Assembly: GCA_951406725.2 (NCBI GenBank)
Contig: OX597835.1
Span: 25,916,001 to 25,980,000, forward strand
DNA: 64,000 bases
Source: Octopus vulgaris
Lineage: Eukaryota
Reading direction: 5' to 3'
Positions within the stretch are counted from its first letter, which is position 1. Every line of letters begins with the position of its first letter. A program made the translations under genes and the position numbers. The notes beneath the pieces are model-generated. The model was not told the origin of the DNA. It saw only the letters and a list, made by a program, of their open reading frames with translations, and made no database searches. This document shows positions 1 to 14,769 of this stretch, in pieces.

Positions 1-438
1 AGAATTTGGCAAACATACACACTTCACTGAACAATACATTTGAAGTCGTTGCTGTTGTTATTGTTGTTGTTGTTATTGTTACTGTTGCCGTTGTCGTAGT
101 TGCGGTTGTTATGAATCCATGATAGAATTCTAGAGATATTTATGTCTGTGGAATGGGAAAGTTATTCAGAGTAATATATTAGGAATGCTAAAGAATCAGT
201 TTAGAAATACAGGAGTCAAGAATCAAAATGGAAAGGAAGAGTTATAAAGAAGGATAAGTATACGCTATTTTAAAATGGCGGGTATGGTGATATTCTGCTT
301 CTATTCATTCTTGTGTAAAAACCTAACCAATGGAAAGGACCATTCCACCAAATAGATTCTCATACGTGGGTGTACATACATACATACATACATACATACA
401 TACATACATACATACATACATACAAACACACACATACA

Positions 439-474
<36 letters not shown>

Positions 475-584
475 CATACATACATACATATACAAATAAA
501 TACATACGTGTACATACATACATATACATACATACACACACAAATATATATATAAATATACAAATGTATATCTATATCTATATC

Positions 585-616
<32 letters not shown>

Positions 617-834
617 TTTATGTATGTATATATATATGTATCTATCTATACACTCACACATACACACACACACACATATATATATGAATACATATATACG
701 TGTTTATCTATCTATTTATCTATATGCAGATTTGGTCATGCGTATGTGTCTCCCTTTCTCCCTATCTCGTACACATATACGCAGGCACGCATGTATAATA
801 TCAGTGATAAAAATAAATGTCTTGTAGCTAATCA

Positions 835-1318
<484 letters not shown>

Positions 1319-1408
1319 TAAGCGATATAACGAAAATATTTATTTGTGGAATAGTTTAACAAAGAGCACAATGAAATTGGTAAAAAAATTCCATTGGAAT
1401 AGGATAGG

Positions 1409-1730
1409 AGCACTCCGTCGGTTACGACGACGAGGGTCCCAGCTGATACGATCAACGGAACAGCCTGCTCGTGAAATTAAAGTGCAAGTGGCTGAGCACT
1501 CCACAGACACGTGTACCCTTAACGTAGTTCTCAGGGAGATTCAGCGTGACACAGAATGTGACAAGGCCGGCCCTTTGAAATACAGGTACAACTCATTTTT
1601 GCCAGCTGAGTGGACTGGAGCAACATGAAATAAAGTGTCTTGCTCAAGGACACAACGCATCGCCTGGAATCGAACTCACGACCTTACAATCGTGAGCCGA
1701 ATGCCCTAACCACTAAGCCACGCGCCTTCA
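1409..1730 (-). mobile_element. SINE family D (tRNA-like head, CORE-like segment, tail shared with family C), full length with TSD
   Basis: Minus strand: A box tggcttagtggttag, B box gagttcgattcc, ttgtgtccttgagcaagacac core; flanked by aattccattg(g/c)aata at 1387-1401 and 1733-1747. Confidence 0.88.
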
Positions 1731-1861
1731 CTAATTCCATTGCAATATCAGAGCAATAAACGTATAAAATAAATAGCTGAAACGGAATGAATTGTGTGAA
1801 ACAAACTAATATAAATAGACATTAAAATTAACATATATTGCTCTCTCCTCTCTTCCTGCGT

Positions 1862-1963
<102 letters not shown>

Positions 1964-1995
1964 ACATGTAAGTTCAAAGCATATATAATATCTCT

Positions 1996-2277
1996 GTGTA
2001 TATTTCAATACACTTTGACATATCTAACGCGAAAATTGTTATTCGTACGTATCGACCATTCCTAAGGAGTCTACAAATCCAGTATCTGAGATACAATTTC
2101 AGTTTCATATCTGTTGTTATTGGAGCAACAGGATACATACCGACCCGTCTGGAGCAACGTATAGCTGAACTTGAGAATTTGGGAAGAGAATACAAGTTCT
2201 TAATTCATATGCTACAAATGGCCACAATATCTGGGACCATAAAAATCTGCAAGACCTTCTTAAGATTTAAAGGATGA
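1996..2277 (+). mobile_element. Non-LTR retrotransposon C-terminal fragment (restriction-like endonuclease end, R4/Dong-like)
   Basis: YRPFLRSLQIQYLRYNFSFISVVIGATGYIP...LQMATISGTIKICKTFL resembles the 'P-I-V-I-G-A-L-G ... L-Q ... G-T' RLE terminus also seen at 39678-39917. Confidence 0.62.
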
Positions 2278-2320
2278 TGAACAAAGTCAAGATGCTTTCC
2301 TTCACATCTTTGCTAAATAA

Positions 2321-2857
<537 letters not shown>

Positions 2858-2934
2858 GGGAGTATAACTCCAAACTTACAGGGAAAAATTCAATTTATTG
2901 TTAAATCAAATTTCACAGTATAAATATATAAAAT

Positions 2935-3060
2935 AAAATTAGAAATAAAACCCCTATTATGCAACTGAAACAGTGATAGACATGAACCAATATATAAATT
3001 ATGTTTGGGTTTAGGTCATCATTCTTTGAATTGCATAATAGTGGTTTTATTTCTAACTTT
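2935..3060. repeat. Short inverted repeat (~30-bp arms), possibly a Penelope-type inverted terminus
   Basis: ttagaaataaaacccctattatgcaa / ttgcataatagtggttttatttctaa. Confidence 0.7.
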
Positions 3061-3329
3061 AAATATATATACATACATGCACATGCATGTATACATCCTT
3101 ACATTCATACATGTAATTCCACATGGATTTCGACGTATGAGTGGCCATCTTTTTGGTGTTTGGTTATGCGGGTATTTTGAAAACCGGAAGTTTGAAAGAA
3201 TAAACTATCCATGGTGTGATTTGAACTCAGAACTTAGACATCCGAAAATTAAAATACCACAAATTATATTTTAAAATGCTCTTATGATTCTGTCAATCTG
3301 CAGACCTTATAGCTGACAGACGCACATTC

Positions 3330-3362
<33 letters not shown>

Positions 3363-3370
3363 CATACACA

Positions 3371-3920
3371 TAACAGCGGACATTGAAGCAATCCAGAGAA
3401 GATACACAAAGAAGATCGTCTCTTTGCAACAGCTCAGCTACTGGGAAAGGTTGAAATAGCTAAGACTCTACTCCCTGGTGAGAAGACGGGAGAGGTATGC
3501 AGTAATATATATCTGGAAGATCCTGGAAGGAATTGTGCCAAATTTTGGCATTGAAAGCTACACCAATGCCTGAACGGGACAACACTGCATAGTGCCAAAG
3601 ATCCCAGCAATGCCATCACGCTTCAGGACCAGTTACTGCAACAGTCTGGGTTTCAAGGGCGCGTAGCTTTTTATTATTCTCCCAAAGAGTCTGAGGAACT
3701 CGCACAAAGTAGATGTAGGGGTATTTAAATCAAAGCTGGACCTCTTCCTCTCGAGAGTCCCAGATGAACCTACCTCACGACAAGAGGTGCAAATGAGGGT
3801 AGCTATATCAAACTCCATTCTTTACCAAGTGCAACTTATTAGAGGAGGCTCTTAGTAATAACAGCGTAGCAAAACGGCGGTGCATCGGCATGGCCGAAGC
3901 TCTGAGCTGAAGCTAGAGAG
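3371..3920 (+). mobile_element. CR1-like LINE, 5'-truncated (ORF2 C-terminus plus 3' UTR), with stop codons
   Basis: Translates as DIEAIQRRYTKKI...LSYWERLK*LRLYSLVRRRERYAVIYIWKILEGIVPN...VFKSKLDLFLSRVPDEP, a typical CR1/L2-group RT C-terminus; tail ggcggtgcatcggcatggccgaagctctgagctgaa. Confidence 0.9.
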
Positions 3921-3965
3921 AAAAAAAGATATATGTATACATACATACATACATATATATATATG

Positions 3966-3998
<33 letters not shown>

Positions 3999-4026
3999 AT
4001 ACACGCACACACATACACACATATAT

Positions 4027-4600
4027 AGGCGCAGGAGTGAATATGTGGCAAGAGGCTTGCTTCCCAATGAGAAATATCGCTTGTATCTGGGCGACGCCAA
4101 CACGGCACACGCTTTGATCTTGAATGAGGTGTGGGTGATGGCCGAGAATGCGGGCACAAGCGATGTTGAGGAGGAATATGGATAAGAGGTTGAAAAGCCT
4201 CAGTGTTATTGAAAGTTCCTTTTGTTATTAAATATTGTGAACAGTGTAGAGGTTTGTTGCCTCTTGAACTATAAACAAGAGATCAATGTCCTCGGGAAAA
4301 ATCGATCGGCGGGCGTCGTTTTTTCCCCCATTAATCATCATTTTTAATTTCATTTAATATCACATTATCTCTGCGTCCAGCCCACAGCTTCCTTTCTCTG
4401 TGTAAAGCCTTATGGCCAATATAATGAAATAAAGAAGCTTGCTTCTCAACCACATGGTTCCGGGTTCAGTCCCACTGCGTGGTACCTTGTGCAGATGACG
4501 TCTACTATAGCCTCGGGTCGACCAAAGCATTGTGAGTGGATTTGGTAGACGGAAACTGGAGGAAGTCCGTCGTGTATATACACATATATATATATATATA

Positions 4601-4648
<48 letters not shown>

Positions 4649-4900
4649 GTATGTATATATATACATATACATATATATACATATATATGTATGTATTTGT
4701 GTGTCTGTGTTTGTCTTCCCCACCATCGCGTGACACCCGATGCTGGTGTGTTTACGTCCCCGTAACTTAGCGGTTCGGCAAAAGGGACCGATAGAATAAG
4801 TACTAGGTTTACAAAGAATAAGTCCTGGGGTCGATTTGTTCGACTAAAGGCGGTGCTCCAGCATGGCCACAGTCAAGTGACTAAAACAATAAAAAGAGTG
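4027..4900 (+). mobile_element. SINE family A, interrupted by a 365-bp insertion
   Basis: Head aggcgcaggagtg at 4027 resumes at 4433 and runs to the tail ggcggtgctccagcatggccacagtcaagtgactaaaac. Confidence 0.88.
4068..4432 (+). mobile_element. Truncated retroposon (probable LINE 3' end) inserted in a SINE with a ~17-bp TSD
   Basis: Flanked by agaggcttgcttcccaa (4051-4067) and agaagcttgcttctcaa (4433-4449); ends in A-rich ...ggccaatataatgaaataaa. Confidence 0.65.
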
Positions 4901-5450
4901 AATTTTCCCTTCACCCCTCCTCTCTCTGTTTCATCTGTTCCACCTCATTTCATTCGCCCTGCGTCATAGAAATCTCCTCCCTCTACCCGCCTTTTGTTCT
5001 TATTCTTCCCCATTTCTCCCTTCAGCCGTTTACATCTCCGACATTACCACTGGAACTGCTTTTGCCATCCCTCTTGATGAGGGTAGCCGGTCTTATTGTA
5101 ATATCTCCGTTTGACTGTTTAGTGGTTGCATATTAAAGTTCTTGGCGTCTTCTGTCTGCAAATTAAGAAAACCACAATCATGACGTAACTCAAAGCTTTC
5201 TAAAACAGCTCTCGAGTTACGAACTTGTGCATTTTCTTTTTAGTATTTTGAACATTTTATCCTGTTTAAATATATTTGTTTGCCGATCTCTCTGTGTGTG
5301 TGTGTGTATGTGCGTGTGTGTCTGTCTGTCTCTATGTCTGTTTCTGTTTCTCTCTCTCTCTCTATATATATATATACACACACGTATATATATATATATA
5401 TACATACATATATACACACAGACATAAACATATATACATACATGTATGCG

Positions 5451-5788
5451 GAGACCCCCTTCAGTCATGACTGACTATGGGATTGCACCTAGAAAGTTAC
5501 CCTCCTAGGCACAAGTCCATGCAAGGTTGTTTATGGAAGACCAGCAGTCACCTATGCATACCGGCCTCCCCTCTCCACGCCACCAGTGTTATCCAAGGGA
5601 AAGGCAAAGGGGCCGATACAGCTTGGCACCTGTGACGTCGCAACTCATTTCTACAGCTGAGTGAACTGGAGCAACGTGAAATAAAGTGTCTTGCTCAAGA
5701 ACACAACACGCTGCCCGGCCCGGGGTTTCGAACTTACAACCTCACGATCGTAAGCTCGACGCTGTAACCACTGATCCACGCGCCTTCA
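5451..5788 (-). mobile_element. SINE family E (family-D head and core, different 3' tail)
   Basis: Head and core match 1409-1730 (gaaggcgcgtgg..., ttgtgttcttgagcaagacactttatttcacgttgctccag), then an unrelated tail ending tcatgactgaagggggtctc. Confidence 0.85.
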
Positions 5789-6339
5789 CTATACACACAC
5801 ACACACAACTCGCATAGACACATACTACGTTCGCACACAAACATACACAATAGACATCACACTATAAGGTCTACACACACTTGATCCACTAGCACATGCA
5901 CACACACACCACACACACACACATGTACACACACCACTCGAACACATTAACTGCTTCACACAAGCGTTTGCTCACACACACGCACACTCAGACACGCACA
6001 GTAACCTCACACCCATACAATACACAGCTTCACACACATATACACAAGTCCACACTCACACACACACATAAATACTCGAAACACACATCACTACACAATG
6101 CACGCACTGGGTTACTTATATACTTACACACAGAGGTTCCCATTCGTACACAATGGACCATGGAATTTTAAGTTTCCCCACACATACATTCACACTCGTC
6201 CCATTCAAACATACACACTCACACACAACATTCTTACGCACTCACACATGCTTGCGCACTCTATTTAGCCAGGTCACTGTTATTATTTCCCTTTCACTCA
6301 GCCTCTTTCTTCTGGTCATCTCCCCATGCTGAACCGTTA

Positions 6340-6510
6340 ACCCACCACATTTTTTCCTCTATCCATTTCCCTCGTTCTCTCAAACCTTTCTGGCGAAGAG
6401 CGTAGGCTTGAAATGTCAAAGACTTTTCCATTTTTCTCAAGCGTCAAACTAATACACCTGCTGGTGGTTCCCTCACCTGCCTTCGTCTTTTGTTTTCTGT
6501 AAATTTGTAC
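6340..6510 (+). mobile_element. Short hammerhead-bearing repeat (Penelope pLTR/retrozyme-like), degenerate copy
   Basis: ctttctggcgaagagcgtaggcttgaaatgtcaaaga plus the conserved downstream aactaataca...cacctgccttcgtcttttgtt...gtaaa; same family at 29480, 32550, 33075, 48105. Confidence 0.7.
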
Positions 6511-6528
6511 TATATATATATATATGAA

Positions 6529-6755
6529 AGGCGGCGAGCTGGCAGAAGCGTTATCACGCCGGGCGAAATGCTTAGCAGTATTTCGTCTGTCGTTACGTTC
6601 TGAGTTCAAATTTCGCCGAGGTCGACTTTGCCTTTCATCCTTTCGGGGTCGATAAATAAAGTACCAGTTTCGCACTGGGGTCGATGTAATCGACTTAATC
6701 CCCTTGTCTGTTTGTTTGTCTCCTCTATGTTTACCCCCTTATGGGCAGTAAAGAA
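6529..6755 (+). mobile_element. SINE family B (central gactttgcctttcatcctttcggggtcgata..agtaccag domain, MetaSINE/Sauria-like)
   Basis: ggcggcgagctggcagaa head, ctgagttcaaatt B box; further copies at 30327, 56975, 62417 and degenerate ones elsewhere. Confidence 0.85.
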
Positions 6756-7077
6756 ATATATATATATATATATATACACAGCAAGAGGGAGAGAGAGATT
6801 GAGAGAGAGAGAGAGAGAGAGAGAGTGCGTGTAAGAGAGAGAGCGAGAGAGAGAAAGTGAGCGATAGAGATATATATATAGAGAGAGAGAGAGGGAGAAA
6901 GATTTTTTAAAAAGTTAAGATTAAGAAAGAAACTTTTTAGAGAGCAGAATAGTACCTACCTTTAAGAAGGAATTTCAACATATTGTGTGTCGGCTTTAAT
7001 AAATGTTCTCAGCGTCATCAAGCACGTGTTTATGGTTATTGTATATAGCGGAAGCTGTTTTAAAGTAAAGCTGTTGA

Positions 7078-7240
7078 TTATTCACGATTTAGTTTCGAAT
7101 TCAGAAACCTTATAAAATATTCTTCTTTTGCCTTTCGAAGTATGTCGCTTTCTTCATTTATTTTGTGAAAGGTGACTGTTGTGAATTTTCCTTGTGCACA
7201 GATGTCTAAGTGGCCACTGAATGATATTACTCTACGAAAT
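7078..7240 (-). mobile_element. Penelope-like element, GIY-YIG endonuclease C-terminal fragment
   Basis: SGHLDICAQGKFTTVTFHKINEESDILRKAKEEYFIRFLNSKLNRE* fits the H..C...F......R..KE..FI....P.LN C-terminal signature. Confidence 0.75.
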
Positions 7241-7283
7241 AATTTCTTAAATACACTCTTTCTCTTTTTCTCTCTCTCTCTCT

Positions 7284-7347
<64 letters not shown>

Positions 7348-7824
7348 TATGCGACCTAATCGATACACGGGACAGTAGATAAATGATAATGCGTATAGCA
7401 ACGAAGTAATAAAGAAGCTTTAGCAAATCTTTTGAATTATCATGTTTGTTATTGAAGGACATGTAATCATTTCTCGTCCTTTATTGTCTTAATGCAATAT
7501 ATATTTCCCATTTACAAGTCATTTTACTTGTTCTTCAACTCTATAAAAAAATATATTTCACGAAACCGCTATTGTTAATTTGAGGCAGCCATATTATTTT
7601 TGTAATGTTTCTTTTTGTGTTTGTTCTGTTAGGTAAGGTGATGTACGTGAAGTGGATAAAGAGATATATATCTACACTCACACACGTACGTATATACATA
7701 CATACATACATACATACATACATACATACATACATACATACATACATACACACACACATATACCTATATATATATTTTCATGCATGCGTTGAAATAAAAA
7801 ATGCATACTTGCATATATATATAT

Positions 7825-7929
<105 letters not shown>

Positions 7930-7999
7930 CATACATACACTCACAAACACACATTCTCATAGATTTTCTAGACATGTATACAAAACACGCATATATTTG

Positions 8000-8031
<32 letters not shown>

Positions 8032-8226
8032 GCTAGCTAGCTATTATCTATCTCCTGATCTACTATATATATCGATAATGTATGTATGTATACGTCTGTC
8101 TGTCTGTCCGTCTGCCTGTCTGTCTACTTGACTATTCACTCATTTAGTTAAGTTAACTATATTTGTTCGATTGTTCTGTGTATGTATGTATGTATGTATG
8201 TATGTATGTATGTATGTCTTTCTCTC

Positions 8227-8275
<49 letters not shown>

Positions 8276-8323
8276 CCTATAAATGACGATTTGTTCGCGA
8301 TCAGAGGTGTTGGAAAATCGAGG

Positions 8324-8372
<49 letters not shown>

Positions 8373-8822
8373 CATATGGTATAATTATAAACAGGGCAAT
8401 TTTTTAGCCATTTCTCCACAAACTGAAAAAAAATGATGAAAACTTCAGCTGATTTTCGAACCTTCTTGAGTTGTCATCAGAGGTGCCTACACCATTCTGA
8501 CAGTTCTCAGAGAAACAATCAGCGAAACTGTTTATATACTCAACAAATGCAGCAGTTAATCTTTGAAAGGACCGTCAACGGAGATTTTAGTCTACACAGT
8601 ATCAAGGTATATAATAAATATGTAACATATGGGAGTGCATACATATGACGGTTTTTTTTCTCACAGTTTCTCTCTACCAAATCTACTCACAAAGCTTCTA
8701 TCTCCAGGAGACTGTAGTAGAAGACAATTGCTCAAGCAGTGTCAGCAGTGGGCTTGCACCTGGTTGCAAAGAGACCGATAGAATAAGTACTAGGCTGCTA
8801 TTTCTAAATGGTCAAGTTAACG

Positions 8823-8884
<62 letters not shown>

Positions 8885-8971
8885 TAGAGAGAAAGAGAGT
8901 TTAAGTTGGTGGTGGTGACAGTGATGATGATGATGATTATGATGACGATGATGATGATTATGATGATAGTT

Positions 8972-9034
<63 letters not shown>

Positions 9035-9401
9035 TGGTGGTGGTGGTGGTGATGATGTTACTGTCATTATTATTGTTGTTGCTAATGATGAAGAGAAGGA
9101 GGGCTTCTTAAAGGCACAACCACGCTTGCGCGTATACAACTATGCCCAACTCTCCGCGGCCAGTATTAATTCCCCACCTGGTGTCGTAACCTTTTTGTAT
9201 TCAGGGTACTTTATTGTGATTTTCTGGACTTTATAGATATTCTCTCCAAAGCGAGAACCCATAAATCGGTTGCATTTGCGAGGCAGCCCTGTATGGTATT
9301 CTATGGTGCTCTCACTTTCACGTTTTCTGATAACCTGCGCATATACGACCTTCTGTTGCCATGCATACGGCTTATCAGCTGACGTATGTACGCGCATAGA
9401 T

Positions 9402-9441
<40 letters not shown>

Positions 9442-9480
9442 TTGTGTGTGTGATGCATGTGCCTTCCGTCTGTGTGTGCA

Positions 9481-9971
9481 TTATGTTGTGTATGTTTGTG
9501 TGTGTGTATGTGTATGTGTATATTGTTTATGTGTGTATGTTGTGTGTGTGTATGGTGTGTGTGTGTATGTTGTGTGTGCGTATGTTGTGTGTGTGTATGT
9601 TGTGTGTGTGTATGTTTGTGCGTGTGTATGTGTATGTGTATGTTGTGTGTGTGTATATTGTTTATGTGTGTATGTTGTGTGTGTATGTTGTGTGTGTGTA
9701 TGTTGTATGTGTGTATGTTTGTGTGTGTGTATGTGTATGTGTATGTTGTGTGTGTGTATATTGTTTATGTGTGTATGTTGTGTGTGTGTATGGTGTGTGT
9801 GTGTATGTTGTGTGTGCGTATGTTGTGTGTGTGTATGTTGTGTGTGTGTATGTTTGTGCGTGTGTATGTGTATGTGTATGTTGTGTGTGTGTATATTGTT
9901 TATGTGTGTATGTTGTGTGTGTGTATGTTGTGTGTGTGTGTGTGTGTTGTGTGTGTGTATATTGTTTATGT

Positions 9972-10013
<42 letters not shown>

Positions 10014-10160
10014 TGTGTGTGTGTATATTGTTTATGTGTGTATGTTGTGTGTGCGTATGGTGTGTGTGTGTGTGTTTGTGCGTGTGTATGTGTATGTGTA
10101 TGTTGTGTGTGTGTATATTGTTTATGTGTGTATGTTGTGTGTGTGTATGGTGTGTGTGTG
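9481..10160. repeat. Complex (TG)-based satellite with recurring tgtgtatattgtttatgtgtgtatgttg units
   Basis: Landmark tatattgtttatgtg recurs about 7 times; source of the spurious 255-334 aa ORFs. Confidence 0.9.
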
Positions 10161-10507
10161 TATGTATGTTGTCCGTGTAGAGTTGTGTGTGTGTGTATGT
10201 TACGTGTATGTTTTGTGTATGCTGTGTGTGCGTGTTGTATATGTGCATGTATAGTGTTGTGTGTGTATGGATAGTGTTGTTTGTGTGTATGTTGTGTGTG
10301 TGTGAGTCGTATCTGTAGTGTGGTATGTGTATGTTATGTGTATGTTGCGCGTGTGTATGTTGTGTGTGTGTGTGTTGTATGTGTAGTGTGCGTGTGCATT
10401 TTGTGTGTATGTTGCGTGTGTATTGTATGCGTAACGTTGTAATTTGCGTGTATGTTGCATGTATGTTGTGTGTGTGTGTCGTGTGTGTGTGTGTGTGTGT
10501 GTGTGTG

Positions 10508-10542
<35 letters not shown>

Positions 10543-11177
10543 GTGTGGGTTTGGGTGTATTTGTCACACAACTGAGATTTCAGATGGAAACAAAATAAAC
10601 AACAACAAACAAGCAATAAGTAAACAAACAAAAAACAAGTAACATCGCGAACGCCAAGAACTTTTGGTTAATGATGCTAAACCGTTTCTATTAGTGTTGT
10701 AATTAAAGATCTCACTTTAATTAATGATATATGGTCAATTAGTCAGTCATTTGTGATTTGTCAGCTATTAATCAACAACAGCAATAACAGGGAAGGGTAA
10801 CAACAACATCAACAACAAGGGCAAGAACGAAAGGGACGACGACGGCGGATGGTGACCATATGGCAGCTTGGTAAGCTCCACGCAGTGTCTTGCTCTGCTA
10901 GAAAGAACAGTGAGAATCCTCATGAAATCATATTATCAAATTATCATCATCATCGTCATCATCATCATCATCATCATCGTCATCATCATCACTGTCATCA
11001 TAATCATCATCATCGTCATCATAATCATCATCATCATCAACATCATCATAGTCATTATCAACATCATCATCGTCATCAACATCATCACCATAATCATCAC
11101 TGTCACCACCACCACCTTAATCTCTCTCTCTCTCTCTTCTCTCTCTGTACGTTAACTTCACCAGTTAGAAATAGCAG

Positions 11178-11310
11178 CTTAGTACTTATTCTATCGGTCT
11201 CTTTGCCGAACCGCTAAGTTACGGGGACGTTAACACACCAACATCGGTTGTCAAGCGATGGTGGGGGGACAAGCACAGACAAACAAACATATACATACAC
11301 ACACACACAT

Positions 11311-11351
<41 letters not shown>

Positions 11352-11514
11352 GATGGGCTTCTTTCAGTTTCCGTTTACCAAATCCAGTCACAAGGATTTG
11401 GTCGGCACGAAGTTATAGTAGGAGACATTTACTCAAGGTACCACGCAATGGGGCTGAACCCGGAGCCATGTGATTGGTAAGCAAGCTACTTACCACACAG
11501 CCATTCCTGTGCCT
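11178..11514 (-). mobile_element. SINE family A (3' tail missing)
   Basis: Reverse complement of the family A head and body. Confidence 0.85.
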
Positions 11515-11688
11515 ATATATCTGGAATTATATTCATATTTATGTTTTATATATTTATATTTGCTTCACCCATTAGACTGAGGCCATACTGGAGCACTGCC
11601 TTGAAGAATTTTAGTCGAACGAATGGACTGATTTTTGTTTTTTGTGTAATCGTACATATTCTATCGGGTCTTTTGCCGAATCGCTAAG

Positions 11689-11762
<74 letters not shown>

Positions 11763-13183
11763 ACGGCGGGTTCTTTCAGTTTTCAAGTTTCCGTCTACCA
11801 AATCGACTCAAAGGTCTTTGGTTGGCCTAAGGCTGGAGTAGAAGGCCCTTATCAGAGGTGCTAAGCAGTGGGACTGAACCGAGAACCGTGTGGTTGGGAA
11901 GCAAACTTCTGACTCCACGGCCAACCGTGCCCCAATATTATCAAGCATTGTGTTAATTGAGGGAGATTTGAGGCAGATTTCGTTGCTTTGTCTAGCGCGT
12001 TAGAGTTCCCTTGTAGACTCCTATATTTACTGCATCTATTTGCTAGTAGTGTCTGCTAAAAAAAAAAACAACCAACAACAACAACTACAACTACGACGAA
12101 ACAACAACTACAACAACAACATACCGCAACAGATTCTTGAACCGTCAGAAAGTATATTTGAAAAGCTAGCGATAACACGTAAAAGTGATAACAAACATAG
12201 AAACATAATTGAATAAATCATTCCATTTTAATATATTTTCACTGTAAACAAAATAAAAAAAAAAAAACTAACGTCATCTTAAAGATAATGATTCGTTAAA
12301 AACTAAAGCTAAACTAAAATAATAATAAGTGTAAAGAAAAAAATAAAACAAACCAGAATAAGAGAAGAAGCTACACGTAGCAATAAACAAACCTAAATAT
12401 TATTTTAAAACAGCGATATCAGCTGAAATCTAGAAGATTGAAGCTGATGCGTTAACAGCATGAAGAATATTACATTAGGGAAATAGTTAAAAATGGAAAC
12501 CTGATGGAATTTAAACCAAATAAGAACAAGAACATGATTTTGAATAAACAAGAAAGAAAAAGAAGGAAAAAAGCAGAAAGAAAAATAGACATTTTCTTCA
12601 AACTTTTCCGCTATTTTGTCGCCATTAACTTTTAAAGAGTTCGTTACTATGGCAGACGTTAAACTGTTCGATGCTTGTGTGTCTTTGTCTTGGGAAGAAA
12701 AAATGCAATGGCATTTAAACATGAGCGTACGTTGCGCTATTCTCTTCAATCAATCATTATAATCATCTACACCGTTAGATATTAAATATGCCTTGTGTTT
12801 TTTTGTTCCGGCTCATTGCGTTCTGGGTTCAAACCCCACGAGATCGGTATCACTTTTTCTGTTTTTTTTTTTTTAATTCTTCCGGGTTCGATAAAATAAA
12901 TTACACGTCATATAACTGGGTGGATTTAATGAACTTGTACTTTTCCCTTCCGCTTCTGTTGGCCTTGGATCCGTGGGGATATAAAAAAAAGGGGGGGGAT
13001 TAGCAGAATCATTAGAGCGCCGAACAAAATGTTTTTCGGTATTTGTTGTATTTCTTTATGTTGTAAGTCTTACTCATGCTGAGGAATTCGTCTTTCATTC
13101 TCCCGAGATCGATAATATATAGGTACCAGCGAGGGTTAGGAATCGATTAATTCCTTTCATGCTAACAAATTTTTGACCATGTT

Positions 13184-13215
<32 letters not shown>

Positions 13216-13288
13216 CCACCAACACCACCACCACCACCACCGCCACCTCCACCACCACCACCACCACCACCACCACCACCACCACCAA

Positions 13289-13800
13289 AACAAAACTGAC
13301 TCATCACAGATTGGTCAGTTCTGCACATCATGTGACCATTTTGATTGGTTAAAAATAGTCATTCAATTAAAGTATTGGTCAGTTCTGCACATCATATGAC
13401 CATATTGATTGGTTAAAAATAGTCATTCAATTAAAGTATTGGTCAGTTCTGACATCATATGACCATTTTGATTGGTTAACAAAACTGACTCATCACAGAT
13501 TGGTCAGTTCTGCACATCATATGACCATTTTGATTGGTTAAAAATAGTAATTCAATTAAAGTATTGGTCAGTTCTGCACATCATATGACCATTTTGATTG
13601 GTTAAAAATAGTCATTCAATTAAAGTATTGGTCAGTTCTGCACATCATATGACCATTTTGATTGGTTAAAAATAGTCATTCAATTAAAGTATTGGTCAGT
13701 TCTGCACATCATATGACCATTTTGAGTGGTTAAAAATAATCATTCAATCAAAGTATTGGTCAGTTCTGCACATCATATGACCATTCAATAAAAGTATTCA
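13289..13800. repeat. 64-bp minisatellite, ~8 units, with an internal restart
   Basis: Unit attggtcagttctgcacatcatatgaccattttgattggttaaaaatagtcattcaattaaagt starts at 13310, 13374, 13438, 13499, 13563, 13627, 13691 and 13755; leader aacaaaactgactcatcacag occurs twice. Confidence 0.95.
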
Positions 13801-14704
13801 GCTATATTTTGGCGTGTTCTTTTAGTTTATGAATAGAAAAGAAATCGTTTTGTAACCGGAGTTGTTCGTGTAGTCGGCCCACGCGTTGTCGGTCAGTGAG
13901 ACCCCCCCCCACCAATCACTTTGGCTATTTGCTCATGGCAAACACTCGTTCTTGTTTCAGCCGTTTGCTTACTTTATGTACATCATCATTCGCTTGTTTT
14001 TTCATTTATCTATTTTGAACTCTGCCCTGTTTTGGCAACACAAACTGTCGCTATTTAGAGTCAGAAGATTTTGTTTATTGACTTCTGCTTGTTCAGATAT
14101 CAGTTATTTACTTATCAGACAGTCTTTTGTTATTTTTCTGTGTGTACACGCATTATTTGTTGTGTACACACACGCATGTACGCATACACTTCGATGTCTC
14201 TACATTTCTTTGTTCTACAATTTATTTGGCTTGTTGAACAGTCATTTAACATGCATATTTTTCTTTCCTTATTTTCTAAGTATTACTTTTCCCTCGTGTA
14301 ATAAGTTTGTGAATATTTGGCGATGACTAATTCGAAGAATAAATCAAATTTGATCATTAATCGGAACCTTCTGAAATCAATAGACTACAACTCTGTAACC
14401 GTGTCAGATATCGATTTCACATGAAAAACAAACTGAAACGAATATAAACATATTTGAACTATTTCTGCTGGAGCGCTAGTTTCGTATAAAATTACGGAAT
14501 AAGAACAGAGTAATTGTTTTTACACGATAAACGAACTACAGTTAGTTTTTATTAATGTTATTATCCGCGTCATAAGAATTCATAAACTTTCGAGAGAACA
14601 CGAAGTAATTCCTTTTTGAAAGATTGAATCTCGAAGTACATAAAACTATAAATAATAACGTGTAAATATTATATTAAAACCCCTTTAAACAGAAAAGTCA
14701 AAGT

Positions 14705-14769
14705 GTTTCCTCGGAATCGAACCCCCATTTCCTGTGGACATGGCGGATATACTACCACTGGACCAAAGC
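14705..14769 (-). other. tRNA-like (Pol III A/B box) relic
   Basis: Minus: gctttggtccagtggtagtatatccgcc...gggggttcgattccgaggaaac; anticodon arm degenerate, so not a functional tRNA. Confidence 0.5.

Noticed and set aside
9270-10274. 334/265/264/255-aa ORFs rich in Cys/Val/His/Thr
   Set aside because: Translations of a (TG)-based satellite that lacks stop codons by composition; open in several frames on both strands
12405-12749. Possible minus-strand exon (DKDTQASNSLTSAIVTNSLKVNGDKIAEKFEEN)
   Set aside because: The peptide looks plausible, but the acceptor is a weak AAG, there is no good donor and no recognisable homology
13289-13800. CRISPR-like regularly spaced repeats
   Set aside because: The intervening sequences are identical rather than unique spacers, there are no cas genes, and the context is eukaryotic; it is a minisatellite
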